Shown piece after piece: positions 1-8,305 of a stretch of DNA of 34,378 nucleotides (positions are counted from its first letter, which is position 1; each line of letters starts with the position of its first letter). The notes below the pieces were generated by a model, which saw only the letters and a list, made by a program, of their open reading frames with translations, was not told the DNA's origin and ran no database searches. The DNA is from Myxococcota bacterium. GTDB lineage: Bacteria > Myxococcota > Myxococcia > Myxococcales > Myxococcaceae. Location of the stretch: positions 1 to 34,378 of the forward strand of contig JBMORE010000018.1 of the NCBI GenBank assembly GCA_049322255.1. The letters run 5' to 3'. The translations under genes and the position numbers were made by a program.

Positions 1-1284
1 CGGGGAGGCGGGGTGAGCAACCGCCCGACTTCGATTCGTTGCCAACGGATCGAGCTCGACCGTCAGGGCAAGCCGTTCGCGATGTGGGCGGATGATTCGG
101 TCGGAACCTGGGAGGTGTACCTACGCCAGTGGAACGGCATGGCTTGGGTAGGGGTGGGCGGCTCGGACGCGGATGGCGGCCTCTCCCGCGGAACGGGGGT
201 GGACGGCTCGAGCGGTTACTACTCCTGTCCAGGACACCTGGGCTTCGATTCGCAGAACCGGCCTTACGTGGTGTGGATGAACTACGACGGCAACCTTCAA
301 TCGGTTCATGTGCGGCGTTGGAGCGGCGGCACTTGGGAGGAGCTCGGCGGGTCGGCGAGCGGAACCGGAATTTCCGCTGGGCAGTTCGCCTACTGGCCGA
401 AAATCGTCATCGACGTGTTCGACCGGGTGACGGTGATGTGGACGCGAGGCTCCGGGCTCTATGCGCGACGGTGGGAAGGCTCCGCCTGGGCTGAGTTGGC
501 GGGCTCGGCATCCGGCGCGGGCATCGCCGGTCCGTCAGCGATGGTCTACATCTTCTCCGCCGCCCCGGGGCCGGACGGCGCGCCCTACGTCGCGTGGATG
601 GATGAGCGAAGCGCAGGGCCGGGCTCGGAGATTCGGCTGCTCAGCTGGACGGGCAGCGTCTGGCAAGGGCTGGGGTCTTCCAACGCAGACGGAGGCATCA
701 CCGGGGCCTCGTCGTACGTCACGTACCCTTCGGTTGCCGACGACGGGAGCGGCCGACCGGCGGTCGCCTGGCATCAAGACGAGCCCGACGGCGGCACCAG
801 CGTGCACCTGACACGCTGGAACGGCTCCTCGTGGAGCCCGCTGCCCAGCCCCACAGCTTCCGGAAGCCGGCCTGTCCTGGCGGTGAACCCGGCCGGAGAG
901 CTCTATCTGCTCTGGGAAGAACGCATCCCCAACGGCACCACCCCTCGGCTCGCCCAATGGACGAGCGATGGCTGGGAAGACTGTCCGCTGGGGTTTGTCG
1001 ACACTGGCCGCTCGACGTGGCCCGCGCTCGCCTTGGGGCCCGACGGACAGGCCGCGGTCAGTTGGTTCGAAGAGGTCACCCCGGGGGTGCTGCAAGCTTA
1101 TGTCGTTGCGAACCTCGCTCCCTGGGTGGATGCGGGGAGCGCGGTGGATGCGGGCGATGGAGGGACCTCGACCGTTCCGCGCGCCTACCGGGTGGGTTGC
1201 GATTGTTCGCAAGGCGCGGGTGCCGTTCCGTTCGTCCTCTTGGCGATGCTCGTTTTCTTCTCGCGGCGGCAGCGCAGCAGTTGA
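1..1284 (+). CDS. Secreted Trp-repeat (beta-propeller-like) surface protein with MYXO-CTERM-type C-terminal sorting signal; 5'-truncated by the window
   Basis: Frame is open from base 1. About six repeats of RxWxGxxWxxLGGS..GIS (e.g. RRWSGGTWEELGGSASGTGIS, RRWEGSAWAELAGSASGAGIA), a DAG-rich linker, then GCDCSQGAGAVPFVLLAMLVFFSRRQRSS (CxC + hydrophobic helix + Arg tail). Confidence 0.75.
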   Translation, partial: RGGGVSNRPTSIRCQRIELDRQGKPFAMWADDSVGTWEVYLRQWNGMAWVGVGGSDADGGLSRGTGVDGSSGYYSCPGHLGFDSQNRPYVVWMNYDGNLQSVHVRRWSGGTWEELGGSASGTGISAGQFAYWPKIVIDVFDRVTVMWTRGSGLYARRWEGSAWAELAGSASGAGIAGPSAMVYIFSAAPGPDGAPYVAWMDERSAGPGSEIRLLSWTGSVWQGLGSSNADGGITGASSYVTYPSVADDGSGRPAVAWHQDEPDGGTSVHLTRWNGSSWSPLPSPTASGSRPVLAVNPAGELYLLWEERIPNGTTPRLAQWTSDGWEDCPLGFVDTGRSTWPALALGPDGQAAVSWFEEVTPGVLQAYVVANLAPWVDAGSAVDAGDGGTSTVPRAYRVGCDCSQGAGAVPFVLLAMLVFFSRRQRSS

Positions 1285-1350
1285 GTCAAAGCTGCGGATC
1301 TCAAATGGCGCGGCAGCGCGCGGAGTGCGTGCTAGGCTTCTTTTCCTTCG

Positions 1351-3051
1351 ATGTGGCAGCTCGTCATCAACGGCCCCGGCTACTTCGACACCACCTACGA
1401 CCTGCCCGAGGGCGCCACCACGATGGGCCGGGCGGACGAGAACGACATCGTTCTCTCCGGTGACTTGGTCAGCCGCCGGCACGCACGCTTCCTGGTGAAG
1501 GGAGCCGCGCTCTCGATGGAGGACCTGGGCAGCCGAAACGGCACCCAGGTCAACGGTCAAGAGCTGAAGGGACGGGTGGCGCTCAAGCCGGGCGACACGG
1601 TGAGCGTGGGGGAAAACTCGCTCACCATTCGTCAGCCGGCCATCGTGGAGAGCGCCTCCACCGATGTGGTCGACCCGGGTGTGAGGGGAGTAAAACGCTT
1701 CGGTAAAGGGTCGGACATCGGCCCGGCGGTCATCCTCGCCAAGGACATTCGCGACAGCGCGGTGCTCAGGGCGCTCGACAACGTGGCGCCCTTCACCCCG
1801 GGAGACTCGCCCTTCGCCGAGACGGGCGAGACGGAGTTGCGCCGCTCCCCTTCGCAGCCCATCGCCTACGACTCGCTGTTTCTGCTCTACAAGGTCGCCG
1901 AGCGGCTCGCCTACTCGCATTCCTTGCAGAGCTTCCTCGAAGACACCATCGACCGGGTGATGGAGCGAGCCAACGCCACCACCGCGGTGGTGCTCTTGTG
2001 GCAAGCCGCCGGAGGGATGGTGCCGGCGGCGGTGCGTCATCGCGGGAAGCTGGCCAAGAACGAGGTGCCGGTGTCCGACGCGATCATCGAGGCGGCGCTG
2101 GCGCAAAGGGCGGCACTGGTGGTGGGCGATGCCTCTCGTGACAAGCGCTTCGCCCAGCGCGAAAGCGTCATTCTCTACGGCGTGGACCAGGTGATGTGCG
2201 TACCCATCGGGCAGAACGAGCCCTATACCGGGGTGCTCTACCTCAACATGGCCACGCAGGCGTCCAGGGAGGTCGGGCCCCTGCTCGACCTGTGCACCGC
2301 GGTGGCACACCTCATCGCCGCGGGCGTGGAGAAGTTCCAATCGCTGGTCGCCGAGCCGCAGGATCGGCTGCGCCGCATCCTCGAGCGCTACCACGCGCCG
2401 GACATCGCCGCCCTCCGCGCCGCCGAGCTGGGCCGTACCGCCGTGCTCACCCAGATGGAGCAGCGCACCGCCACCGTGCTGTTCGCCGACATCGCCGGCT
2501 TCTCCACGCTCGCACAGAAGCTTTCGCCCGCGCAGGTGGTGGAGCTGCTCAACGAGTTCTACCAGCGGATGACGCGGCTCATCTTCAGCTTCGAAGGTAC
2601 GGTCGATAAGTTCCTGGGCGACGCGGTGATGGCGCTGTTTGGCGCGCCCTACGCGAAGAGCGATGACCCGTTGAGGGCGGTGCGTACCGCCATCGCCTTA
2701 CGGGCGGAGTGGAACAAAGCGATGCTCCAGCGGCCGACCGAGCAGCGCACCGAGCTGAAGATAGGCCTTTCCACCGGGAGCTTGCTCTCGGGCATCGTGG
2801 GCTCCGAGGCTCGAGTGGATTTCACCGCGGTGGGCGAGGTGGTGAACGTGGCCGCTTGGCTTTCCGCCAGCGCCGCCCCTGGGCAAATCCTCATCACCAC
2901 TCAGACGCTCTCCGCGGTGGCCGGGCGCTTCGACGTGCGCGCGCTGGGCGGCCGACCGCTCCATGCCGCCAAGGCGAAGGTGCAGGCGTTCGAGGTGATC
3001 GCCGAGGATACCGCCGGCTCCACCAGCCCGGGCGTGCGCGAGACGAGCTGA
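1351..3051 (+). CDS. FHA-GAF-class III adenylate/guanylate cyclase domain protein
   Basis: FHA motifs GR...SRRHA...GSRNGT; central GAF (VMCVPI, GVLYL); cyclase motifs LFADIAGFS, DKFLGDAVMALFG, DFTAVGEVVN. Confidence 0.9.
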   Translation: MWQLVINGPGYFDTTYDLPEGATTMGRADENDIVLSGDLVSRRHARFLVKGAALSMEDLGSRNGTQVNGQELKGRVALKPGDTVSVGENSLTIRQPAIVESASTDVVDPGVRGVKRFGKGSDIGPAVILAKDIRDSAVLRALDNVAPFTPGDSPFAETGETELRRSPSQPIAYDSLFLLYKVAERLAYSHSLQSFLEDTIDRVMERANATTAVVLLWQAAGGMVPAAVRHRGKLAKNEVPVSDAIIEAALAQRAALVVGDASRDKRFAQRESVILYGVDQVMCVPIGQNEPYTGVLYLNMATQASREVGPLLDLCTAVAHLIAAGVEKFQSLVAEPQDRLRRILERYHAPDIAALRAAELGRTAVLTQMEQRTATVLFADIAGFSTLAQKLSPAQVVELLNEFYQRMTRLIFSFEGTVDKFLGDAVMALFGAPYAKSDDPLRAVRTAIALRAEWNKAMLQRPTEQRTELKIGLSTGSLLSGIVGSEARVDFTAVGEVVNVAAWLSASAAPGQILITTQTLSAVAGRFDVRALGGRPLHAAKAKVQAFEVIAEDTAGSTSPGVRETS

Positions 3052-3056
3052 AGCCT

Positions 3057-3404
3057 TTAGGCGCCTGTGTTGGCCACATCGAGATGGCCCGGCTTTCGGA
3101 CGTGGGGACGATTCGCAACCTTAATTTCCACGTTGTAGCCAAGACGGGTGAGAAAGGTCAGCAATCGGCCTACGGAATACTCGGCAAAATGGCCGCGCAA
3201 GAGCTTCGAGATTTTAGGCTGGTCAATGCCAAGAACCTCTGCCGCCTCACGCTGGTTCTTGAATCGCCGGCTCTTGATCGCTCTTGCAATAGCGGCGGTG
3301 AGTCGGGCCTTGGCGAGCTCCTCTTCAGCGTTTTCGAAGCCGAGGTCGGCGAACACGTTGCCGCTACTCACCCCTATTTCTGCGCTGCGACTACGCTTTT
3401 TCAT
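3057..3404 (-). CDS. XRE/HTH antitoxin (HigA-like)
   Basis: SSGNVFADLG N-terminus and HTH NQREAAEVLGIDQPKISKLLRG...YSVGRL; ATG at 3404 overlaps the toxin 3' end. Confidence 0.85.
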   Translation of the reverse strand: MKKRSRSAEIGVSSGNVFADLGFENAEEELAKARLTAAIARAIKSRRFKNQREAAEVLGIDQPKISKLLRGHFAEYSVGRLLTFLTRLGYNVEIKVANRPHVRKPGHLDVANTGA

Positions 3405-3774
3405 CTGACTTCTCCTTCTGACGCCGTTCGTCGTCGGCCTCCGCAACCTTGAGCCGTCTCTTCACCAACTCGATGTCTTCTGCCGGTGTCTTCGCACCCC
3501 GCTTCGATTTCTTTTGAAATGCATGGAGCAGGTACACCGCGTCCGCGAACCTGACGGTGTAGATGGCCCGGTACGTGTCGCCGTCGTTGTCCTCCACAAT
3601 CTCCAGAACCGAGCCGCCACCAAAGCCCTTGAGGGGCTTGGCATCGGGATGTTTGTCGCCCTGCTGGGCCAGGCGCAGTGCGTAACCCATCACCCGCTTC
3701 ACCTTCCACGGAAGCGACGACAAGTCTTTCAGCGCGCTGGCGACCCAACGAAACTCCCTCGGATGCCTGTCCAC
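3391..3774 (-). CDS. RelE/HigB-like (Gp49-type) toxin
   Basis: AKPLKGFGGGSVLEIVED.DGDTYRAIYTVRF.DAVYLLHAFQKKSK.G.KTP motif; toxin lies upstream of the antitoxin (higBA order). Confidence 0.88.
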   Translation of the reverse strand: MDRHPREFRWVASALKDLSSLPWKVKRVMGYALRLAQQGDKHPDAKPLKGFGGGSVLEIVEDNDGDTYRAIYTVRFADAVYLLHAFQKKSKRGAKTPAEDIELVKRRLKVAEADDERRQKEKSDEKA

Positions 3775-3783
3775 TGTCTTTTT

Positions 3784-3799
3784 ATGCCAGTATTGGCAT
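3784..3799. promoter_or_regulatory. Palindromic operator upstream of higBA-like TA
   Basis: ATGCCA-GTAT-TGGCAT inverted repeat 10 bp upstream of the toxin start, in an AT-richer patch. Confidence 0.6.
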
Positions 3800-3889
3800 C
3801 AAGCCGTCAATTGGCAAGGAGCCGTGCGCTGGCGGGAATCGCGACCACGGAGCATTGGAGCGTTAGGTCGAATCGTCGCGACCTGATGT

Positions 3890-4397
3890 CTAGCGTAGAC
3901 GAGGACCTCCCCCGCCGAGTTGATAGCCGATCGCGCCCGCGGAGCCCACCAGGGCCACCGCGAGACCCTTACTGATCGCTCCGAGGAGCTTGATATTCCG
4001 GGCGCCGACATCGAGCATCAAGGCCATCACCGCGCCGATTGCAGAGAACCCGAGCGATGTGAGCCAGGCCTGCTGAGGCTGGACTGCTCCGCCCCCCAGC
4101 GCCTCACCCGCTGCCCATGCACCCAGGGCCGTGAGGGGCGGGGTGGCAACCGCTGCCAGCCCGACGCCCATGAAAAAAATGACTGCAGCGTGGCCGCCTT
4201 GGAATGCGGCTTCGTTGAACCAAAGCATGCCGAGCGTCGGACCAGCGCCAAGGACCGTGCCGGCAAAAACTTGTCCGAAACTCCCCCCCAAATTTACGTC
4301 GTGAATGCGTGAGGTCGTCCAGCTTCCGGCAAAGATTCCTGCCGCCTGCGGTCGAGGTGATGAGCAGCGCCAAGGCGGTCCGACACAGAATTCTCAT
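3890..4397 (-). pseudogene. Probable frameshifted membrane/exported protein
   Basis: Signal-peptide-like MRILCRTALALLITSTAG from ATG 4397 is in a different frame from the Gly/Ala-rich hydrophobic ORF 3890..4291; codon usage is less GC-biased than the neighbours. Confidence 0.45.
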
Positions 4398-4410
4398 CTT
4401 GGTCGGCATT

Positions 4411-5382
4411 TTAGGGCTTTCGCTGCTTGGCGGGAGGCGAGGCGGGCGGCCGGTCGACCCGGTGAATCCCCACTTGCCCTTCGCGGTCGACCAGCTCGTA
4501 GCTGTGGCCCGGCTCGACCGCGCGGCGGTCGGTGCGCCGACGCACGAGCAGACCCCGCCGCTCCAACTCCTCGGAATGTCGGATGAGCCAGTCGAGCAGC
4601 CAGCTGTCCACGTAGGAGAGGGGTAGCTGGGCGCGCTCTGCTCCGACGACGGCGAGGGGCACCACGTGGTGGTAGCCCAGCGTGGCGTGGTCGAGCTGCA
4701 CGTAGTCGACCGCGAGCTCTCCGTTGGAGAGGGAAAGTCGATGTTCTCCCACCCGCGCCCCGCCCGTGGACACCTCGATGCGAAGGAGCGTCGATGCTTG
4801 CGCTGGCCGTGACTGCTCGGCGAAGAAGAGTGCCACCACCGTCAAGCCAGCGGCCGCCAGCGCCTGCAGCCCCGCCCCGGCGCGCGAAACCACTCCGTTC
4901 CCCGAGCTGCCCAAGGCGCGGGCGCACGCTCCTGCCGCCAGGGCAAAGCCGACCAGCCCTGCGCCCAGGAAGAAGCGATGGAGCGGGCCGGCAGGGATGA
5001 GCGCCTGCACCGACAGCGCGAAAAAAGCACAGGCGAGGGTGAAGAGGAGCGCTCCGGCCAGATCCATCGCGCGGCCGACCCGCCCGCGGTCCAGCGAGCT
5101 GGTCAGCCTCAGCCGCAAAGGAAAAGGAACGGCCAGCGGCGTTCCACAAACCGCGCAGGCGGCGCCACGCAGGGGCACGCGCGCGCGGCAGGTTCGGCAA
5201 GAGGCGATCCAGCCTGCCGTCACCCCGGCACCGGCGGCGGCGCGCTCCACCCACACCGTCCACCAAGCGCGCGCCACCATCACCCCGAGCAGCAAAAGCC
5301 CACCCACGTAGAGAACGTGCCCCGCCGGCTCGAGAGTGGGCCCCAGTGAGGTGTCGAGGTTCTGGAAGAGCCAGCGCAGCAT
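4411..5382 (-). CDS. Membrane protein with CxxC...CxxC zinc ribbon
   Basis: N-terminal TM, CRTC-x10-CAVC, three further hydrophobic segments and a soluble C-terminal domain. Confidence 0.7.
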   Translation of the reverse strand: MLRWLFQNLDTSLGPTLEPAGHVLYVGGLLLLGVMVARAWWTVWVERAAAGAGVTAGWIASCRTCRARVPLRGAACAVCGTPLAVPFPLRLRLTSSLDRGRVGRAMDLAGALLFTLACAFFALSVQALIPAGPLHRFFLGAGLVGFALAAGACARALGSSGNGVVSRAGAGLQALAAAGLTVVALFFAEQSRPAQASTLLRIEVSTGGARVGEHRLSLSNGELAVDYVQLDHATLGYHHVVPLAVVGAERAQLPLSYVDSWLLDWLIRHSEELERRGLLVRRRTDRRAVEPGHSYELVDREGQVGIHRVDRPPASPPAKQRKP

Positions 5383-5467
5383 GTGGCGCGCGCGAGCCTG
5401 GCGCTCCTTTCTCCCCGGGGCAAGGGCTGGCTCAAAGCGTGCGAACGCGCTTCAATGGACGCGTTCG

Positions 5468-6898
5468 ATGAGCTCGCAACAAGCCAGCGGGCAGCTGCGG
5501 CCGTTTCGTCCCAGGCCTTTTGGGCGGTACACGCTGCTTTTGCCCATCTCCTCCGGAGGAATGGGAGAGCTCTTCCTCGCCCGGCTGGAGGGGGCGCAGG
5601 GCTTTGGGAAGCTGTGTGTCATCAAGCGAATTCTCCCCGAGCTGGCGGGAGACCCCGACTTCGTCGCTCGCTTCGTCAGCGAGGCCAAAACGCTGGTGCA
5701 GCTCAACCACGGCTCGGTGACTCAGGTGCTGGACATGGACCTGTCCGAGGGCAGCCCCTACCTGGCGCTGGAGTTCGTGGACGGCAAGGACTTACGCAAA
5801 GTGGCCGCGCGCATGCGCGATCGCCGCCAACCGCTGCCGCTCCCCTTCGTGCTCTACGTGATGTGCCGCGTGCTCGACGCGCTGGCCTACGCGCACCGAA
5901 AACGCGACGACAATGATCAAGAAATCAACCTCGTCCACCGCGACATCTCTCCCCAGAACATTCTCGTCAGCTACGAGGGCGAGGTGAAGGTGATTGACTT
6001 CGGACTGGCCAAAAGCACCCTCAGCGAGGCCCAAACTCACCCCAGCCTCATCCTGGGCAAGTTTCTCTACATGTCGCCCGAGCAGGCCCAGCACCAGAGG
6101 GCGGACCGGCGCAGCGACCTCTACTCGGTGGGTGTGTGCCTCTACGAGCTCGTCGCGATGAAGAACCCCTTCGAAGAGGTGCCCTCGCACGAGCTGATGG
6201 CTGCGGTCGCCCATCCCCAAATTCCCTCGCTGCGCGGCGTCGAGCCACGGTGCCCCGAGAGCCTCGACGCGGTAGTGATGAGGGCGCTCGCGGCCGACCG
6301 GGAGAAGCGCTTTCAGACCGCCGAAGAGCTCCGGAGCAAGCTCCTCTCCTGCCTGATGGAGCTCGACCCCGAGGCGGGCCCCGAGTGGGTCTCGCGCTTC
6401 ATGCGCGACACTTTCTCTGCCGAGTACCAGTCGGAGCGCAAATGGCTCGCCCGCTTCAGAGAGCCGGTCTTTCCCGTTCCTTCCCCGGTCGACGCCGGCC
6501 AGCGTGCCACCGGGTCGCAGGAGGGGGCGCGCTCCCCAGAGAGCAACCACCCCGCCGAGCGGGTGTCGACCCCCGAGCCGTTGGCCCTCGCGCTCCCGAG
6601 CAACGAGGGGGTGGAGGCCTCCATCACCGCCACGGTGGCGCTCGACGAATCCGCGCGCACCCTCGACGAGGAGGAGGGCGCCTCGGCGCTGCTGGAGCCG
6701 GTGGACGAAAATACCCTCTCCGGCTCGATGCCGGCGTCTTTTGCGCCAGTGGAGGTGGCCGCATGGAGGCGACTGCCCCTCCGGCTTCTCGTGCTGGCTG
6801 CCGTGCTCCTCGTGCTCGGTACCCTTGGCTTCGTCGGCTATCACCTCCAGCGCGAGGCCCAGGCGCTTCGGGTAGACCTGGAGCAGAAGAAAAAGTAG
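5468..6898 (+). CDS. Membrane-anchored Hanks-type Ser/Thr protein kinase
   Basis: FGRY, SGGMGELF, VIKR, HRDISPQN, DFGLAK, YMSPEQ, SDLYSVG; C-terminal TM. ATG 5468 chosen because the longer ORF overlaps the upstream gene. Confidence 0.92.
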   Translation: MSSQQASGQLRPFRPRPFGRYTLLLPISSGGMGELFLARLEGAQGFGKLCVIKRILPELAGDPDFVARFVSEAKTLVQLNHGSVTQVLDMDLSEGSPYLALEFVDGKDLRKVAARMRDRRQPLPLPFVLYVMCRVLDALAYAHRKRDDNDQEINLVHRDISPQNILVSYEGEVKVIDFGLAKSTLSEAQTHPSLILGKFLYMSPEQAQHQRADRRSDLYSVGVCLYELVAMKNPFEEVPSHELMAAVAHPQIPSLRGVEPRCPESLDAVVMRALAADREKRFQTAEELRSKLLSCLMELDPEAGPEWVSRFMRDTFSAEYQSERKWLARFREPVFPVPSPVDAGQRATGSQEGARSPESNHPAERVSTPEPLALALPSNEGVEASITATVALDESARTLDEEEGASALLEPVDENTLSGSMPASFAPVEVAAWRRLPLRLLVLAAVLLVLGTLGFVGYHLQREAQALRVDLEQKKK

Positions 6899-6909
6899 CA
6901 CTGGCGCCG

Positions 6910-7686
6910 GTGGATACCCTGCTCGAGGTGCGCGAGGTGGTGGCCGGCTACGGCCCGCACGAAGTGCTGCGTGCGGTGTCCTTTGCAGTGCGCGAGGGCG
7001 AGCTGTGGGCGGTGCTGGGGCCCAACGGCGCGGGCAAGAGCACCTTGCTGCGCGCGCTGGCGGGGCTTTTGCCTTTGCGTGGAGGAGAAGTAGCCCTCGC
7101 TGGACGAGCGCTCAGGTCGTACGGCCGCCGCGAGCTGGCGCAAACGGTGGCTTGGGTGCCGCAGGCGACGGAGGCGGAGAGCGGCTTCACCGGGCTCGAG
7201 CTGGCGCTCCTGGGCCGAAGCCCGCATCTGGGCTTTGGGGGGCTTCCCTCGGGGGGAGACGTCGCGCGGGCGCGCGCTGCGCTGGAGGAGATGGGGGTAG
7301 GGCACCTGGCGGCGCGCTCCACCGCCGAGGTGTCGGGCGGCGAGCGGAGACTTTTCTGGCTGGCGCGGGCGTTGGTGCAGTCGCCGCGGGTGCTCTTCCT
7401 GGACGAGCCGACCGCTTTCCTCGACGTGCGGCACCAGGTGCGCTCGCTCGAGCGGGTGCGCGCCTACGTGACGAAGGGCGCTGCCGCGGTGGCGGTGCTG
7501 CACGACGTGAACCTGGCGGCGGCCTTTGCCGACCAGGTGGTGCTCTTGCGCGAGGGGAAGGTGCTCGCCCAGGGAGAGGCGAGGAAAGTGCTCACCGGCG
7601 AGCTGCTCGAGGAGCTCTTCGACGTTCCGATGACGGGGGCGGACGCGCCGGGCGGTCAACGCCTGTTCGCGCCGCGCTCGGAGTGA
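6910..7686 (+). CDS. ABC transporter ATP-binding protein, iron-siderophore/cobalamin (FecE/BtuD-like) type
   Basis: Walker A GPNGAGKST, VPQ loop, GRSPH, signature VSGGER, Walker B FLDEPT, VLHDVNLAA; GTG start inferred. Confidence 0.88.
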   Translation: MDTLLEVREVVAGYGPHEVLRAVSFAVREGELWAVLGPNGAGKSTLLRALAGLLPLRGGEVALAGRALRSYGRRELAQTVAWVPQATEAESGFTGLELALLGRSPHLGFGGLPSGGDVARARAALEEMGVGHLAARSTAEVSGGERRLFWLARALVQSPRVLFLDEPTAFLDVRHQVRSLERVRAYVTKGAAAVAVLHDVNLAAAFADQVVLLREGKVLAQGEARKVLTGELLEELFDVPMTGADAPGGQRLFAPRSE

Positions 7687-8303
7687 ACGGGCTGGGGCGG
7701 TGGGGGCTGGGGCTGTTGGGTTCAGTCCTCGCCCACGTCGGCGTGCTCGGAGCCTGGGCTGCGCTGTCGGCGAAGAGCCAGGGGGCGGGGCCGAGCGCAT
7801 CGCTTCCGGCGAGCTTCACCGCGACGCGGGTGCGGCTGTGGGGAGGGTCGGCAGTGGCGCCGCTGTCGGTGGCAAGCGTGGCCAAGAAAAGGGCACCTAC
7901 CTCCGTGGTGCAGGGCAGTGACCCTACCCGGCCGGCGAAAGAGGAAGAAGGAGGAGGCGTCAGCGGTGACGGCATCGCCGCTGTTGGAGCGTCGCCGCAG
8001 GTCGGAGAAGGAAGCGGTGGAGCGTCAGGGAGGGAGGGAGTGGACATGGCGGCGCTGCACGCGAGGTTGTCGACGTCGGCGAGGCGTTGCTATCCGGCGG
8101 CGGCGCGGCGTTTTCGCCTCGAGGGAGTCGTGCCGGTCGCTTTTTGTCTCGACCCAGGGGGGGCGCTGCGTTCGGTCGAGCTGCGTGGCTCCACCGGCGC
8201 GTCTGTGTTGGACCGTGCCGCGCGCGAATGCGTGGTGCAGGGCGCCTTGCCGCTCGAGGGCGCGGGCAGCTGCTTCTTGGTCGACGTGCGTTTTGGAAAC
8301 TGA
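7683..8303 (+). CDS. TonB-family energy transducer
   Basis: GTG overlaps the upstream TGA; N-terminal TM with SxxxH (GSVLAHVG), low-complexity linker, TonB_C motif YPAAARRFRLEGVV...STGASVLDRAA. Confidence 0.8.
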   Translation: MNGLGRWGLGLLGSVLAHVGVLGAWAALSAKSQGAGPSASLPASFTATRVRLWGGSAVAPLSVASVAKKRAPTSVVQGSDPTRPAKEEEGGGVSGDGIAAVGASPQVGEGSGGASGREGVDMAALHARLSTSARRCYPAAARRFRLEGVVPVAFCLDPGGALRSVELRGSTGASVLDRAARECVVQGALPLEGAGSCFLVDVRFGN

Positions 8304-8305
8304 CT

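Noticed and set aside
535..2394. Long antisense or alternative-frame ORFs (e.g. 535..2394, 9626..11812, 19162..20781, 31608..33593)
   Set aside because: Shadow ORFs expected in high-GC coding DNA; they overlap well-supported genes and show no recognisable motifs.
6136..6909. Apparent N-terminal extensions of the ABC ATPase, TonB, EIID, EI and lipoprotein in the ORF track
   Set aside because: They overlap upstream genes and are Arg/Ala/Pro-rich noise; internal starts coupled to upstream stops are more plausible.
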